This document shows, piece by piece, positions 47,400 through 60,589 of a stretch of 64,000 bases of DNA. Made by a program: the position numbers and the translations under genes. Source of the DNA: the human T2T-CHM13v2.0 reference genome, Homo sapiens; the NCBI RefSeq assembly GCF_009914755.1, contig NC_060942.1. One strand, given 5' to 3'. The notes under the pieces are model-generated. The model searched no databases, was not told the DNA's origin, and saw only the letters and a list, made by a program, of their open reading frames with translations. How positions within the stretch are numbered: position 1 is the stretch's first letter; each line of letters opens with the position of its first letter.

Positions 47400-48033
47400 A
47401 CTCAAGCCTCAGTAATGGTGGATGCCCCTCCCTCCACCAAGCTCCAGTGCCCCAGGTCGACTTCAGACTGCTGTGCTGGCAACGAGAAATTTCCAGCCAG
47501 TGGATCTTAGCTTGCTGGGCTCCGTGGGGCTGGGACCTGCTGAGCAAGACCACTTGGCTTTCTGGTCTCAGCCCCTTTCCAGGTGAGTGAACAGTTCTGT
47601 CTCACTGGGGTTCCAGGCACCACTGGGGTATGAAGAAAAACTCCTGCAGCTAGCTTGGTGTCTGCTCAAATGGCCGCCCAGTTTTGTGCTTGAAACCCAG
47701 GGCCCTGGTGGTGTAGGGACCCCAGGGAATCTCCTGGTCTGCAAGTTGCAAAAACCGTGGGAAATGCATAGAATCTGGGCCAGATAGCACCTTCCCTCAC
47801 TGCACAGTCTCTCACAGCTTCCTTTGGCTAGAAGAGGGAGTTCCCAGATCCCTTGCACTTCCCAGGTGAGGCGATGCCGCCACCCTGCTTCGGCTCACCC
47901 TCCGTGGGCTGCACCCAGTGAGATGAACCAGGCACCTCAGTTGGAAATGCAAAATCACCTGCCTTCTGTGTTGGTCTTGCTGGGAGCTGCAGACTGGAGC
48001 TGTTTCTATTCGGCCATCTTGCCTGGAACCAGT
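47400..48033 (+). promoter_or_regulatory. L1 5'UTR antisense-promoter/ORF0-homologous region
   Basis: An ATG at 47415 reads MVDAPPSTKLQCPRSTSDCCAG.., homologous to the ORF0 N-terminus, with a stop at 47510. Donor-like CAG|GTGAGT (47583) and CAG|GTGAGG (47866) follow. Confidence 0.5.
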
Positions 48034-48544
48034 TCACTGCACGGACATTTGTACTGATGGCACACAAGGAATGTTGGGGGAAATTGCTGGTGCCTTAGCA
48101 CAAACCAGTGCAGCGGTATGAACCTGTATGGGTGGCCATTGCATTCCTCACTACCCACATTTAAAAAGAAGTCAGTTTTACTTAAGAAAGTTTTTGATAA
48201 AGGTGTAACAATTTTTTATTTTATTAAATCTCCACCCTTGAGTTCCCATCTTTTTATTATTCTGTGAGACAAATGGGAAGTTCTCACAAAGTACTTCTAC
48301 TGCACATAGAAGAAAACCATCATCTTAAAGAAAAACACTTGTACAGTTATCTGAGTGTGAGCTGACCCAACTTCTACTTTCATGGTATACCATTTTTATA
48401 GTGCTTGTGAGAATGACTGATATATCAATTATGATTATTCAGATGGGTATCTGGAAGCCATTTTCTTGAAAATAAAGTAAGCACGTGACTTTAAGAAAAA
48501 CAACTAAGAGTATCTGTTCCCAATAAAAAAAAATAGAACTTTCA

Positions 48545-48587
48545 TATGTATACCCAAAAACTTAAAGTATAATAAAAAAAGAAAAAG
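48545..48587 (+). mobile_element. Ultra-short L1PA 3' stub with a 16-bp TSD
   Basis: tatgtatacccaaaaacttaaagtataataaaaaaag lies between two copies of AAAAATAGAACTTTCA (48529 and 48588). Confidence 0.88.
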
Positions 48588-51004
48588 AAAAATAGAACTT
48601 TCAAGCAAAAAAAAATTTTTTAATTAAAATTTAAATTTAAAATTTGAAAACTGTGTATCATAGTGAGCTTAACGTCTTTCCAATCTTAAATGCTTTTTGA
48701 TGAGGTCAGTGAGAATGTTGACAAAAGTGGGGGTTTGGGTTATCATGTAATAAAATGGATAAACATTTGGAAGATCCACATAGCTCAGGGAACCCATGCA
48801 TGATGCTACAAAATCATTCAAGGTAAAAGATCCATTCAAAGTGGAAACTAGACTAATGGATTCAATGTAATCAAATACAAAAAGTTCCCTGGTGTGGTTT
48901 CAGATTACACATTGCAGCTAGCCATTGGGAAACTATAACTTGTGGAGTTTTGGTGTAGTCTCATAGAAGAATACCCACAACCTGCTTGAAAGCTATTAAA
49001 ATATTCCTCCCTTTTCCAACTACACTTCTGTGTGAGGCCAGATTTTCATTACGTACTTTAGCCAAAATGACAAAGAACAAGATTGAATGCAGAGGCAGAT
49101 ACAAATCCAGATGTTTTCTATTACTAAAGAGACATTAATGATACTAAAGAGATTTGGGAAATGTAAAACAATGCCACTGTTCTCACAGAAGTATTCTTTG
49201 TTTTGGAAAATATAGTTACTTTCCATTAAAAATTATATTGTTAGTTTTAAATAAACATATTAAAGATATTTGAGAGCTTCTTATTTTTACTTTCTAATAT
49301 GGTAAATTAATATGGACTTTTTGGGGTCCTCAATAATATTTAAAGGAGTTAACAGGTTCTGCAACCAAAAGTGTTGAGAACTACTGCTTCACAGGTAAGT
49401 ACTACAATGAAATCCCATTTGTCTGTCAAAATCCAGACTGGTAGTAGAAATGTGGGTTGAAGAAAGTTGGCAAGTTAGGGAATCATAAATTGATAATATG
49501 TTCATGTTTTAATCACTTTCCTTTAAAGAAAAGTATGCATAGATTTCTGCCACTCTTTTGATCTAAGGATAAACCATTTTCTTTGTCGGTCTGCCTTTTG
49601 CAGTGTCTTTCTTGCATAAACTACACCCATAAAGCAATATCTAAGATTCCTAATATTTTTAGTGAAGAATGGTATTTAAAACACTGTGGAAATCAACCCA
49701 AATGAAGGCCCTTTCTAGGTTTCCAAACTACTTTACACTATTCCAATTTTAAAACTGTAATCTCACTCATAGCTAATTCAACATAAAAGTTTTAACCCAT
49801 CACTTATACTCTCTTTTCAAAACATCCAACTTAAGTTTCATAAAAGTAGCAACTCTCTAAACACAGACGTTTTGAGGAGTTACAGAATATGTAAAATATT
49901 TTATTTACACTAAATTTCAACAAGCAGACATACATTTGGAAATAAATGTAATGATATCAGTAAGCATACATTGTTTGGGAGGGACTGCTATGGTTGACTT
50001 GAAATGCACATTGATAAAGCATAAAATTTGTAAGAATTTAAAAAAAAAAACATTTCTTATAATAAGGGAAATTGGCCATGTTTACAGACTGGGAAACCTG
50101 TAGGTGTGGCTGTTCTAAAATTTCATATAATCTCTTTCATGCATGCATCTTACTTTTTCACTTTAATTTTGACCAACCCAGATCCATTCCAGAATTGACT
50201 GGAGATGCCGATTTAACCCAGGGTTCTAAGCTGAGTTGGAAAATATTCATCTAGTTACTCAAGAGGCAACCAATCTTCTAAAAGTAGAGACTAAACAGTC
50301 AAATAAGTCTAGTTCCTTGGGAAATAAATTTCTATGTGGCTCCACTCCTTTGAAATAGGAAGGAATCATCCTTTGTATTTTAAGATGAATATCTGCTGTC
50401 TGTCTTCTCTCATTGTCAACCAAATACCTAAAAGATTTCCCTAAGTCTGTGGTTCAGGGATGGAAAAAAAGATAATGTGCTTCAAGTAATACAATAGCTA
50501 ATTTTTAAAAATTTCTAGTTAAGTGACTCAAATGGGTTAGCACATTTTATTGTCATATCACAAGACAAAATTACCTCAAGGCCCACAGTCACATAACCTG
50601 CCCACTTCCTGAAATGATAGCCCTGTGCCAAGAAAGATAAAGGTAGAATGTCCAGGTTTTTCAGGAAAACAGCATGGCTGCATTGTGGTCAGCCACAGCT
50701 TTAGAAGATTCTCCCCTTCTAACTAAGCAAGCTGACTGGAGAAGCTCCTGTTGTCCAAGCTACTTCCAACACAAATTCCTAGAAAAATATACACCCCTTT
50801 TAGAGAATTTTCTTCTAAAGGAGCCCTTATGCATAGGCAGTAATATGAAGACTTCAGTGAACAGGTTCAGAAGTTAATCACAACAAGATTAGCTCATAGA
50901 CTTACTGACTTTCTTTCTGGGTAGTTGAGTTGAGAAACGCCTTAGACATCTCAAACTCTTTCATGAATGCAATGCTTTACCTCTTGATTTTTTACTCTTT
51001 CCAG

Positions 51005-51051
51005 GATTAAAGTTTGTGATATACTTAACTCAGGATTTAGGCAAACTGAAG
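51005..51051 (+). other. Candidate 47-nt internal exon
   Basis: Acceptor ctcttgattttttactctttccag| and donor AAG|GTAAGA in non-repetitive sequence. No transcript evidence is available. Confidence 0.4.
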
Positions 51052-52319
51052 GTAAGATGAAAGGCAATAATCAAATAAATTCATTTAAAATTAAATTGTG
51101 ATATGTTGTAGGTAATTTTTAGTTTAGTCCTCACTTCTCTGTCTCCTGTTTCTTATTAAAGTTGAATATCTTTTAGACATCTGACAAATGTAGAACATTA
51201 TTTGTCATTTTGCAACTTCACACACACTGGAGATGGCACTTTAAATTTCATTGACGATACATTTTGGAATTGTTTTCTAACCTCAGCATATTTGTTGATG
51301 TCCTAATTCTGATGACATTACCTAGAAGTGACCATGAAGAACACATTCTGTAGACTGACTAATTGGAGATAGCCTGCTCTTTGAACTTTACCCATAGAGC
51401 TGCATAGTAATTACAATTGCAATTCATAGCAACATGTTTCGGAAGAGAAGGAAGTCTCTGAACACACGAGTATCCCCTCACTAATCATAAACTGTCACCA
51501 AAAGCATAAAATCATGCAATTTTAAATGTCATCTAGTTGAGTCCCAAAGAAATTGGGGCCCAATTTTCTCAGATGAAAAGAAAATTGAACAGTATTATAT
51601 ACAATTGTTCTTAAAAGAGCAAAATAATTTTTCTTCTGAAAATACAAAGCAAATTGTTACAAAATAAATGGAGTGTTTCACACTTAGGTTTGTAAAATGT
51701 AATAGCTTGAATTGGATTTTCAAATATGCTGTCACCTAGAAAACTGATATGAGGCCATTTCGACACCAGCAGCCCAAGCGTGGGTTTTAGTGCAGCATTA
51801 AAAGAAGTAACCTTCCAAAGCCAACAACAGAAACTCAAAGAATGACTTTCAGGTACTCTCAGATAGCTGGAAATGTGAGTTTGGGGCTAGAGTGGGGAGA
51901 AGTGGGAAGGAAGCAGTCAAGAGAACCGAAGAAGTAATTTTGTCAGATTCACTGCTCAGCACATTCACAGAAAGCAGCATTTTTTAGCTCCTCTCCTTTC
52001 GTGATCCAACATTATCCACTTTTCTCATGCTTACATCAGCAACTAAACACATATCCTCTTAGTGTCCTGTTTGTAATCCATTATTTAAGGAGCTTATGCA
52101 TAATCCATCACTACCATTGCCTCCGTGCTCCCAGTACTACTGCACATGCAAGCAGTACTAAACAAGGAACTATATAAGGAATGATGACAAGAAAAAGTTA
52201 TTCATCTTAAGCAATGAAAAAGGACTATATGTATCTATTGGTTGACCATCTAGGGGTGACCCAGGTTGCAAAAAAGTGAATTATTTGAAAGGCAATATTG
52301 CATTGTCAAAAGTGTGTAT

Positions 52320-52505
52320 AGGCAGACAGACATGGGTTTACTTGGACTTTTGGCAAATTAATTAACCTACACGGTGCTCAATTTCCTCATTGGTGAAATA
52401 GCTATTTTCATACTCTCCTAGTTGTGATATTGTGAGCATTCAAGAAGACATATGTAAAAACCTGGCCCAGTGCCTAATCCATCCACAGCAGGGACTCAAT
52501 AGATT
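52320..52505 (+). mobile_element. MIR
   Basis: ctcaatttcctcattggtgaaat core and atgtaaaaacctggcccagtgcct. Confidence 0.7.
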
Positions 52506-52762
52506 GTAACCGAAACAGCAATAGGGTCCATGAGAAAAGCATTTCCTTAGAAGTTCTTCTAAGCCTAGAAACAGTAGTCCAGGACTTGCATTTAAAGCAG
52601 ATAAACTAATGACTTCTGTCAAACAAGGTTTTCCTAATAGTGGTCTGAGTCTATCAGTTTTCCATATTAAAGATTTCTTGGGGCGGGGGGTGGGGGAATG
52701 CAGTTGAAGGCTTCCTATGGTCATGTAAGTTTTAGATACTGTAGGTTAAGAAAGACCAGTAT

Positions 52763-53111
<349 letters not shown>

Positions 53112-54164
53112 TTAATATGCTAATGAGCATTGAAAATGTCCAAGACAGTAATATAGTATGAAGTGCACCCCAAAAACCTATTCAATAGGAGAATTGTTTT
53201 TAAGGAGTATATATAGTATGGGACAAGTGATTTATGGAAAAAATACTGGCAATTGCTGCCGTAAAAATACAAGTGGTCACAAAAAATTAATTTGACAACG
53301 TAAATGGGAATAACATAATGAATTAACGTTAGCATGAAACTCAGAATTCTTCTTTAATAATTTTATTGATAATTAGCAACTCTGCAAATCTCTTCCTGAC
53401 TTTTTATTTGTATAGTCTAAGTACATACCTAAAAATTCATACATCCGTTGTCCTGAAGAAGCCATGGGTTATGCCAGTCCTTGTCTCAGAAACTGTTGCC
53501 AGCACAGCTTGGGGGCTTGGCAATGCCATTAGCTCAGTACTGAGCCATGAAAGCAGAAATCAGATCTCCAAAGGGACCGTGCATGGTGGGCCAGAGCAAG
53601 GCAAGGTTTCAGTAGAAATGAACTAAATTCCCTTCTGCTCAATTCTGTGCAGAACTTTGTTGCCTTACAAAGTCATATGAAAACATATCCCCTAGTTTCT
53701 GCTTCTAATTCTGTCTCCAAAAAAGAAGAAAAAGAAAGTCAAGGGGACCAAATGGGGAACAAACTCTAGGCCACTTTTGATAGCAAAATTATTCCATGTC
53801 ATAGTTCAGGCAAAATCCAAGACTCTCAAGTCATGCAAGCGAGTACTAAGGTGAGTCACTGGCCCACAAATTGCACTAGTCACCAAATCCTGAAACCCAC
53901 CTTCTCTTGCTGAATTTGAGCAGATAGTAACCAAGAATATGAATAGAGAAAGTGGGTTTGGCACGTGCAAAAGCATTAATGGGTGAAAGTAGCTCCCTAA
54001 TTGTTACTTAACGGGCACTGTGGGCTACATCTCCCCCAGAAATATCTCTACCTTAAAGCTTATGACTGGCAGTCTTTCATTTTTTCAAGTTTTTAAGCCC
54101 TGAGCACAAAACTGCAAATATCCCTTTGAGGGATGGCACATGAACCTGTGCATCTCACATGGAA

Positions 54165-54282
54165 CAAGTACTCATTGAGCAGCCACTATATGCTGGGCAC
54201 TGTTCTAGATGCTGTTGATACAGCAATTGATAAAAAAAAAAAACTGAAGTCTCTTCCCCCTTAAGAATTTTATTCTACCGTA
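54165..54282 (-). mobile_element. LINE-2 3' end
   Basis: tcattgagcagccactatatgctgggcactgttctagatgctg. Confidence 0.7.
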
Positions 54283-55282
54283 GCATGGCTATCAACAATA
54301 GAATGTCTCTGTTGTTCGTTTTGATGTTACAGCCTACTTGGAACCAGGCTAGAATTAGTTTGTCAAAGCAAGTTCAAGAGATGATGAACACTGCCAGGTA
54401 GAGCAGGCCAAGACATGGCCATTAGACATGGCCGTTATGACTGTCAGGAAAGGATGAGGTCTAAGACCCTGGGCACTGAATCCCTAGGGGGGTGTGTGTG
54501 TTTGTGTGTGTGTGTATGCATACTCACACACACCATGTTTGGCATGGATACTGAAAGTAGTCATGCAAAGAAAACTGAGGCAAGTTTGCCAACCTCAAGA
54601 TTTATCCTAGGCCTGCCTCAAACAAAAATGGTATAAGAAAGAAGAATAAATTGATGCCCACAAAGTGCTGTGCCAAAGCAACATTGCCATCTGTATTGTG
54701 AGTCTGATGAGTCTCATTAACTATTTACACAGGCCTTGCTAATTGCAAAGGGCACTTGGGGAATTCTAAGAGGGTGCATACTTTTAATGGGAGAATAGAA
54801 ATTCTGCGTCTGACAACACAGAGTTTTAAAATAAGCTGGGGGAAGCAAAATGATGCAAAGGAAATGTGACAGGCCCTTGTAGAGTGTCCGCCTGGTTTAA
54901 AGAGAGCCCCTGAGGTCATGCTTGGGCCCATGACCCTTGTCCCAGCCCAGCTGTCTGAACCAGGGAGGGCACCGGATCCCATTCAGAAAAATTATATTAT
55001 CATTCTTGGTAGTTTGTAATTGGAGCTACACAACCTTAATTTAGTGTGTAATACTCTTTTATCTAGAGTATCTCACTAATTCAAAAAAAATAAAGAAACA
55101 AACTTATGACGGATTGCTGACCCAATTTTAAAAGCATAATATTGAAGATCATGGAATAACATCTTCTCCCCTATCCCACAGGTGAATTGGAAAGCAACTC
55201 ATAAGAAAAAGGAAAGAAGTATGAAATAGGTGTAAAGAAACTGTTCGTGTACTTGATGGTTTGCAAATATCATGGAGAGGCT

Positions 55283-55888
55283 CCAGATTGTGTTTTCCAA
55301 AGATGACTAAAACAGTATCATCTCCCATTCCCTATGCTCTTCTAAGACCTTGCTATTCATTTTCCCATTAAGAGGTAAAGTCCAGTTCACCTCCTTTTGA
55401 GTCTGGTTAGGCTTGTGACCAAGAGAATGCAGCAGAATTAACGCTGTGTGACTTCTAAAGCTAGGTCACAAAAGGCAAGTCCGCTTCTGCCTTCTAAGCT
55501 GGGGCATTCGCCTTTGGTGTTCTGTGCCGCTGTATAAAGAGTCTGACCATCCTGAGACCACCATGTTGTGAGGAGGCCCAAGCCACATGGAGAGGTCACA
55601 TAGATGTTCCAGTGACAGCCCCAAATGAGGGTCTGCTGACAACCAGCATCAGCCACCACACACACAGATGATAACATCTCCAGGACTCTAGTTCCCAGAT
55701 GCCTGCATATCCCCAGGCTCTGAATCCTCCAGCGGAGGCCCAGACATTGTGGAGTACATGCAACCCATGCCAGCCCTGTCATGTCCTGTCTGAATTCCTC
55801 ACCCACAGTAGTCAGAGCATATAAAATGGTTGTTCTATGCCACTACATTTTGGAGTTGTTGGTTTCCCAGCAGCACAAAATGGAACAG
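55283..55888 (+). mobile_element. MLT1G/H-like MaLR LTR
   Basis: agattgtgttttccaaagatg..gtgacttctaaagctaggtca..ccatgttgtgaggaggcccaagcca..ttttggagttgttgg..ggaaca. Confidence 0.82.
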
Positions 55889-57232
55889 AGGCTTAAGTTT
55901 ACTCTTACCCTAGAATTCCAGGAGATCCTACTGTATTCTCTTTTAGTCTTCTGTAGATTTTGAGGATTTCTACTAGGTTGTGAGGATTTCTATCACTTGC
56001 TGTCAAACCACTGAAATTCATATTAAATTGGTATTCAAAATGGGGTTGCAGAGAAAAAGTGTCAGAGTGGATTGGGACCAGCAAGAAGTTATTGTCCTGG
56101 GATAGAGAGCTGCAATGCACGTTTAACGATAGCAGTATGTCTTGTTCCTTGGGAATCAGATGTCTTACTTCATCAGATAGCTAGACTTTAGAGGAATTCA
56201 TCATTTTAAATGTCAGAATATCAGATTGAGTTATCGATTCCTTATGGCCTTCAGTAAAGGTCAGAGAAGTGGCAAGCCTCAGCCGACGCTGCTCCATGGA
56301 AGTCACCAGAAGAGAATAGAGGACAGCCCACTGACGCAGAGAATCAGAGCACAGCATCCACTATTAGTTTGGACAAACTGTGGTGGCCACCAGGGGTGTG
56401 TGTGTGTGAGAGAGAGAGAGATTATGAACTGATTGAAAAACTGAAGATTACCAGCAACTGGAATGAGGATATATAGGAAGGAGGAGCCAGAAATGTGAGC
56501 AAGCCCTTCAGAATGTACCTTCTCCACCACCAAGTGAAAATGAAGATTCCTCCCCTTGTAATACTCGGTTGGCTGTGATGCAACATTTTGGCAAGACTCC
56601 AAAGCAGATTTGCGAAGAAATGCACCCTGAAACCCATGCCAATACTCCAATCTATAATATCCTGCTCATGCTCTGAGGTCATTAAGGAAAAAAAATCATG
56701 AAAATAGGTGGAGCCCCAGAATTTCCTCTAAAAATCGGAAGACTCACAGGTATGGCTTAGCCCTGAAAGTATAGCCAGCCAGGAGATTCACAAAGATGTT
56801 TCAACACTATCCTGACAAATAAAATTCTCAAAAATGAAACTGGCACATGGCTGACCATAGTTTTACAAGAATGGTCACACAAGAAAAATCCCTCAAACTA
56901 ACAGCCCCCTGAAATGTTCAAGCATAAGTATAAATGATGTTGGTAATGGGTGATTGTGACTAAGACCTCCCTGTCCCACCTCCACAGAGAGAATCTCCGA
57001 GATGCTCTGGAAGAACAATGGCCAAGCAAAATTCTCCCGGAGGACAGAGTCTGTGGCAGTCTTTCTGGGTGACCAGGTAATTTACTTTGTTATCAAATAG
57101 ATTAATCATCAAATTAACATTTATGAGAGTTGTCAGTCATTTCATTTACTTCATCATCCCTGTAGAAGCCTCTAGTCTCAACCAACCTGCGACATGATCT
57201 TGGTGATTTGTTCAGCCTTCCTCCTTTATCAA

Positions 57233-57418
57233 TTTTTTTTTTCTGAGATGGAGTTTCACTTGTCACCCAGGCTGGACTGCAATGGCATGATGGCTCACTA
57301 CAACCTTGCCTCCCTGGTTCGAGCCATTCTCCTGCCTCAGCCTCCTGCCCTAAAGTGATCCTCCCACCTCAGCCTTTCAAAGTGCTGGGATTACAGATGT
57401 GAGCCATTGCACCCACCT
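57233..57418 (-). mobile_element. Internally deleted Alu (AluS-like)
   Basis: The right arm joins the left arm at cctcagcCTCCTGccctaaagtgatcc; the linker and inner arm halves are missing. Confidence 0.85.
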
Positions 57419-57675
57419 TTTTTTCTCATTTTGAAAATATAAAAAATTAAAACAGAAATAGGGGGAAAATGGATCTCACCCAGAGGTAACAGGCTCCAAG
57501 AACAGTGGCTCTAAAAAGTCTTCTCTGGATGAGTGATGGACTTTTCATTTGTCTCCTTGTTGGAGGGGGCGGGGGCAGTGAGTGTGTTTGCAGTTGTGCT
57601 TGTATCCTATTACGTGGGATTCCTTTTGATGTGTGGGATGACAGGTGTGTGGCATTGAGGGACAGATGCTGGTAG

Positions 57676-58260
57676 TGTCTTGGGTACAGTTCCCTGGAGC
57701 AGAACCTGAGAAGGGGATGTTTGTGCAAGACATTTATCAATGGAGTGCACTCACAAGAAACATGTAGGGGTCGGTGGGAGCCATATTGGGAAGGGAGGAA
57801 AGAAAAATGAAAAAGGATGTGGTCTCCGATGCAGCTGGGCTTCAGCTTGATCCCATGGGGCCTCTGGGGAATAAACTGTACCACAGGGTCTGCTCAGTCT
57901 TGGGGCATGAATGCAAGGTGGTTTCTTTGTTTGTTTGTTTGTTTTGTGTGTGTGTGTTTTCCATAAAGCAGTCAGTTATTGGCCCAGGACTACAGGAGAG
58001 GATACAAAGAACCTAGGTCCCTTCATGGGGAGGGACTTCCCTATCTCCCAGGGACACTGGCTCCAGTGTTCAGTCACCTGCCCAAGATGCCTAGGCCTGC
58101 AGGAGGGACCAGAGGCAGATGATGTAGACAATGATGATGTCACAAAGAGAAGTGAGAAATAATGCAAGCAGCTCCATTCCCCACGGCAACTGTGCAGAGA
58201 GGCTTGCAGGTCCAAACCACTGGTAGCAGCCCCTGGTATATCCAGGACATCAGCACATAG
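57676..58260 (-). mobile_element. Old ERVL-type LTR (LTR33/LTR41/LTR67-like)
   Basis: tgtcttgggtacagttccctggagcagaacctgag..gtgcaagacatttat resembles a reversed ERVL LTR 3' end. The right boundary is uncertain. Confidence 0.55.
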
Positions 58261-58812
58261 AACCAGTGAAAGGGTCCTCCCTCATAGTGACGCATGTCAT
58301 AGACTCAGATTTATACAAACAAATGCTGAGCAAACCATGAAGAGTCTCTGGTATTTTCAACAATATCATCACAGAGGAACTGTATTGATTTCCTTGTAAG
58401 TATTTAGATTTTTCTCTCTCATGTAAAATGTCATATCAGATTTTTATCATCTCTTTTAAATTTTTAGAAGAGCATTTCCCAAACTCTACTGAAGTGACAG
58501 ATTTCCTTATCCATCTATCCCGCCAACATCCAGGCACGTTCAGGGTACTGGGAGAGGCAACAGGGATGGAGGTCCCATGTCAGGGGACTTCACAGTGTGA
58601 CGGGAATGTTCAACCTGCACCTGTTCCTTGCACCATACTCCATCCAGCTCTCCGCTCTTCCAGTCATTTATGCTCCTGTCTTCCGTGGAGGAAGTCTGGT
58701 AGTATCTCCCCGGGACACTGGCTCAAATTTCCAGCCACCTGCCCAAGACAGATGGGACCAGGGGCCAGATGATGTGGACAATGATGATGTCACAAAGAGA
58801 AGTAAGAAATAA
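58042..58812 (+). repeat. Dispersed direct repeat of 110-120 bp (58042-58162 and 58703-58812)
   Basis: Both copies share TATCTCCC.GGGACACTGGCTC..CACCTGCCCAAGA..CAGATGATGT.GACAATGATGATGTCACAAAGAGAAGT.AGAAATAA. Confidence 0.93.
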
Positions 58813-59059
58813 AGGAGGCAACTTAGTGGGAAAGGTGATGTTCTGGGTTCTGAAGAAGATGAGAGATACCAGGCCAGGCTGTGCTTTGCCTCTTGGCCTA
58901 TTTTCCTTCCTGACTTTTTTCAGCCACAGTGAGTCTCTGAGACCTAGTTTTGGCAGAAGGAAGTACCAGAGGGAGCTGAGCTGTTGAACATTATGTGCGA
59001 TCATGTAATAACTGCAATCGGAAGGGAAACACTCAGAGTCCTGGAGAAAGAGAAATTCG

Positions 59060-59270
59060 CATTTGTGGACGCCTGCTGGGAGCTAGGCACTTTCGAATAG
59101 TTCCTGTCACCTAACTTAAGTATCATTACTCAAGTACTAATTAACTTAGGTATTATGCAGAGAAGTCGAATAATTAGAAAAGTGGCATGACTTATACAAG
59201 GCAACATAACAGCTAGAATTTAAATGTAAAACTGCCCGATTCCAAATCCACACTCTTTCTACTACAAGGC
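59060..59270 (-). mobile_element. MIR fragment
   Basis: gacttatacaaggcaacataacagctagaattt..tccaaatccacactctttctactac. Confidence 0.55.
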
Positions 59271-60589
59271 CTTGCCCCCTTCTCTGGGCCACACCAACAT
59301 CGCAGTTGCAGGCGAAGAGGCCATGTCTAATGACTGCCCCCTTTACATGCCAACCTAGTCATGGTCATGGTGGTGTGATATCTAAAAACAAAATGGAACC
59401 ACCATGAAAAATTTGTCTCTGAGGACCCAGAGTAGTAAAATCCCAGGATAAGGAAGGCCTTTAGCGGATATATGGCCTGCTGTCCCGTTCAGTCTAGAAA
59501 ACGCCTCCTCAGGGTCCCTGCAGATGGTCACCTCCCTCTGCAGGAGGACGTCCAGTGGGAGGAGAGCCACTTCCCCAGGTCTCCCTGACACTAATGTCAG
59601 AAGGTGCTTTCTTAGGTTGAATCAAAATCTCTCTCCCTGTGTCTTCTCTTTGCTTCCTGTTCTTTTCTCTGGAGCAACATGATGTAAATAAGTTTATTTT
59701 CTTTTGTGCACATCAGAATTTCATATTCAAAGGACATCATCAGCTCTCTTGTTAGAAGGGGTCCAGGCTGAACACCCTCTTTTCTCTCAATGATCCCAGC
59801 TATGACACAGTTTTCTGATCTTCAACATCCTGGAGGCCCAAGACTATTCAAATATGTCACAAATATCTCTAATCACATCTTGTGATTATGACTTGGATAG
59901 AAGATAAACATTATTTCCATAATGATGAACATAAGACATTTGAGATTTTTTTAATTTTTAGAGTTGTTATTTTGAATTATTTACCTTCCTAAATCTAAAA
60001 AAATTCCCTTTAGAACTCTTAATTTCTTTCCTAATTTCTCTATCCTACTCTCAAGCAGGATCAACCTCCCAAACGCATTGCTTATCAGGCTGTGATACCA
60101 AACTGCACAGGAAAAGCTTAATCTTCAAGAACCTGTAGCTGTTCTCCCAGACATCCATATCTCCTTGTCCTAACCCTTTGATTTATGTTATTGTTTTTAA
60201 GTCCCATTTTCCAGGCATTTGCTAAGCCAATAGAGAACTGGGCCAATTTCCAAAGTCCTGCTAAGAAGTTAATGTTGAATAAAACTTTTTTCAATGCGGC
60301 AATTGATCCGCAGTCATTGCCTGTTTGGGCTTCCCAACCACAGCTCCAGACAATCAAGGGGAAGGCTTATGCCATTTAAACGTCTCCCTTCCAGCAAAAG
60401 AATCTGGATTGCATTGTCAGAAAAGTAAAAAGGAGACATGTCAAAATTATAACTCATCTCTCTACCTTCAGCCTTATCAACTATGTTAAGTATAATAACA
60501 TCTACTCACCAATTGCCTCAAGTCTCATTTTCTCAATGTGATTTCAGTCACTCATTCTTCAAAGACTATTTTATAGAGCAGCAGACAGG

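Noticed and set aside
57911-58812. Two ORFs ending DDVDNDDVTKRS(E/K)K as paralogous peptides
   Set aside because: The similarity comes from the 120-bp DNA duplication. Their N-termini are unrelated, an indel shifts the frame, and one starts at GTG.
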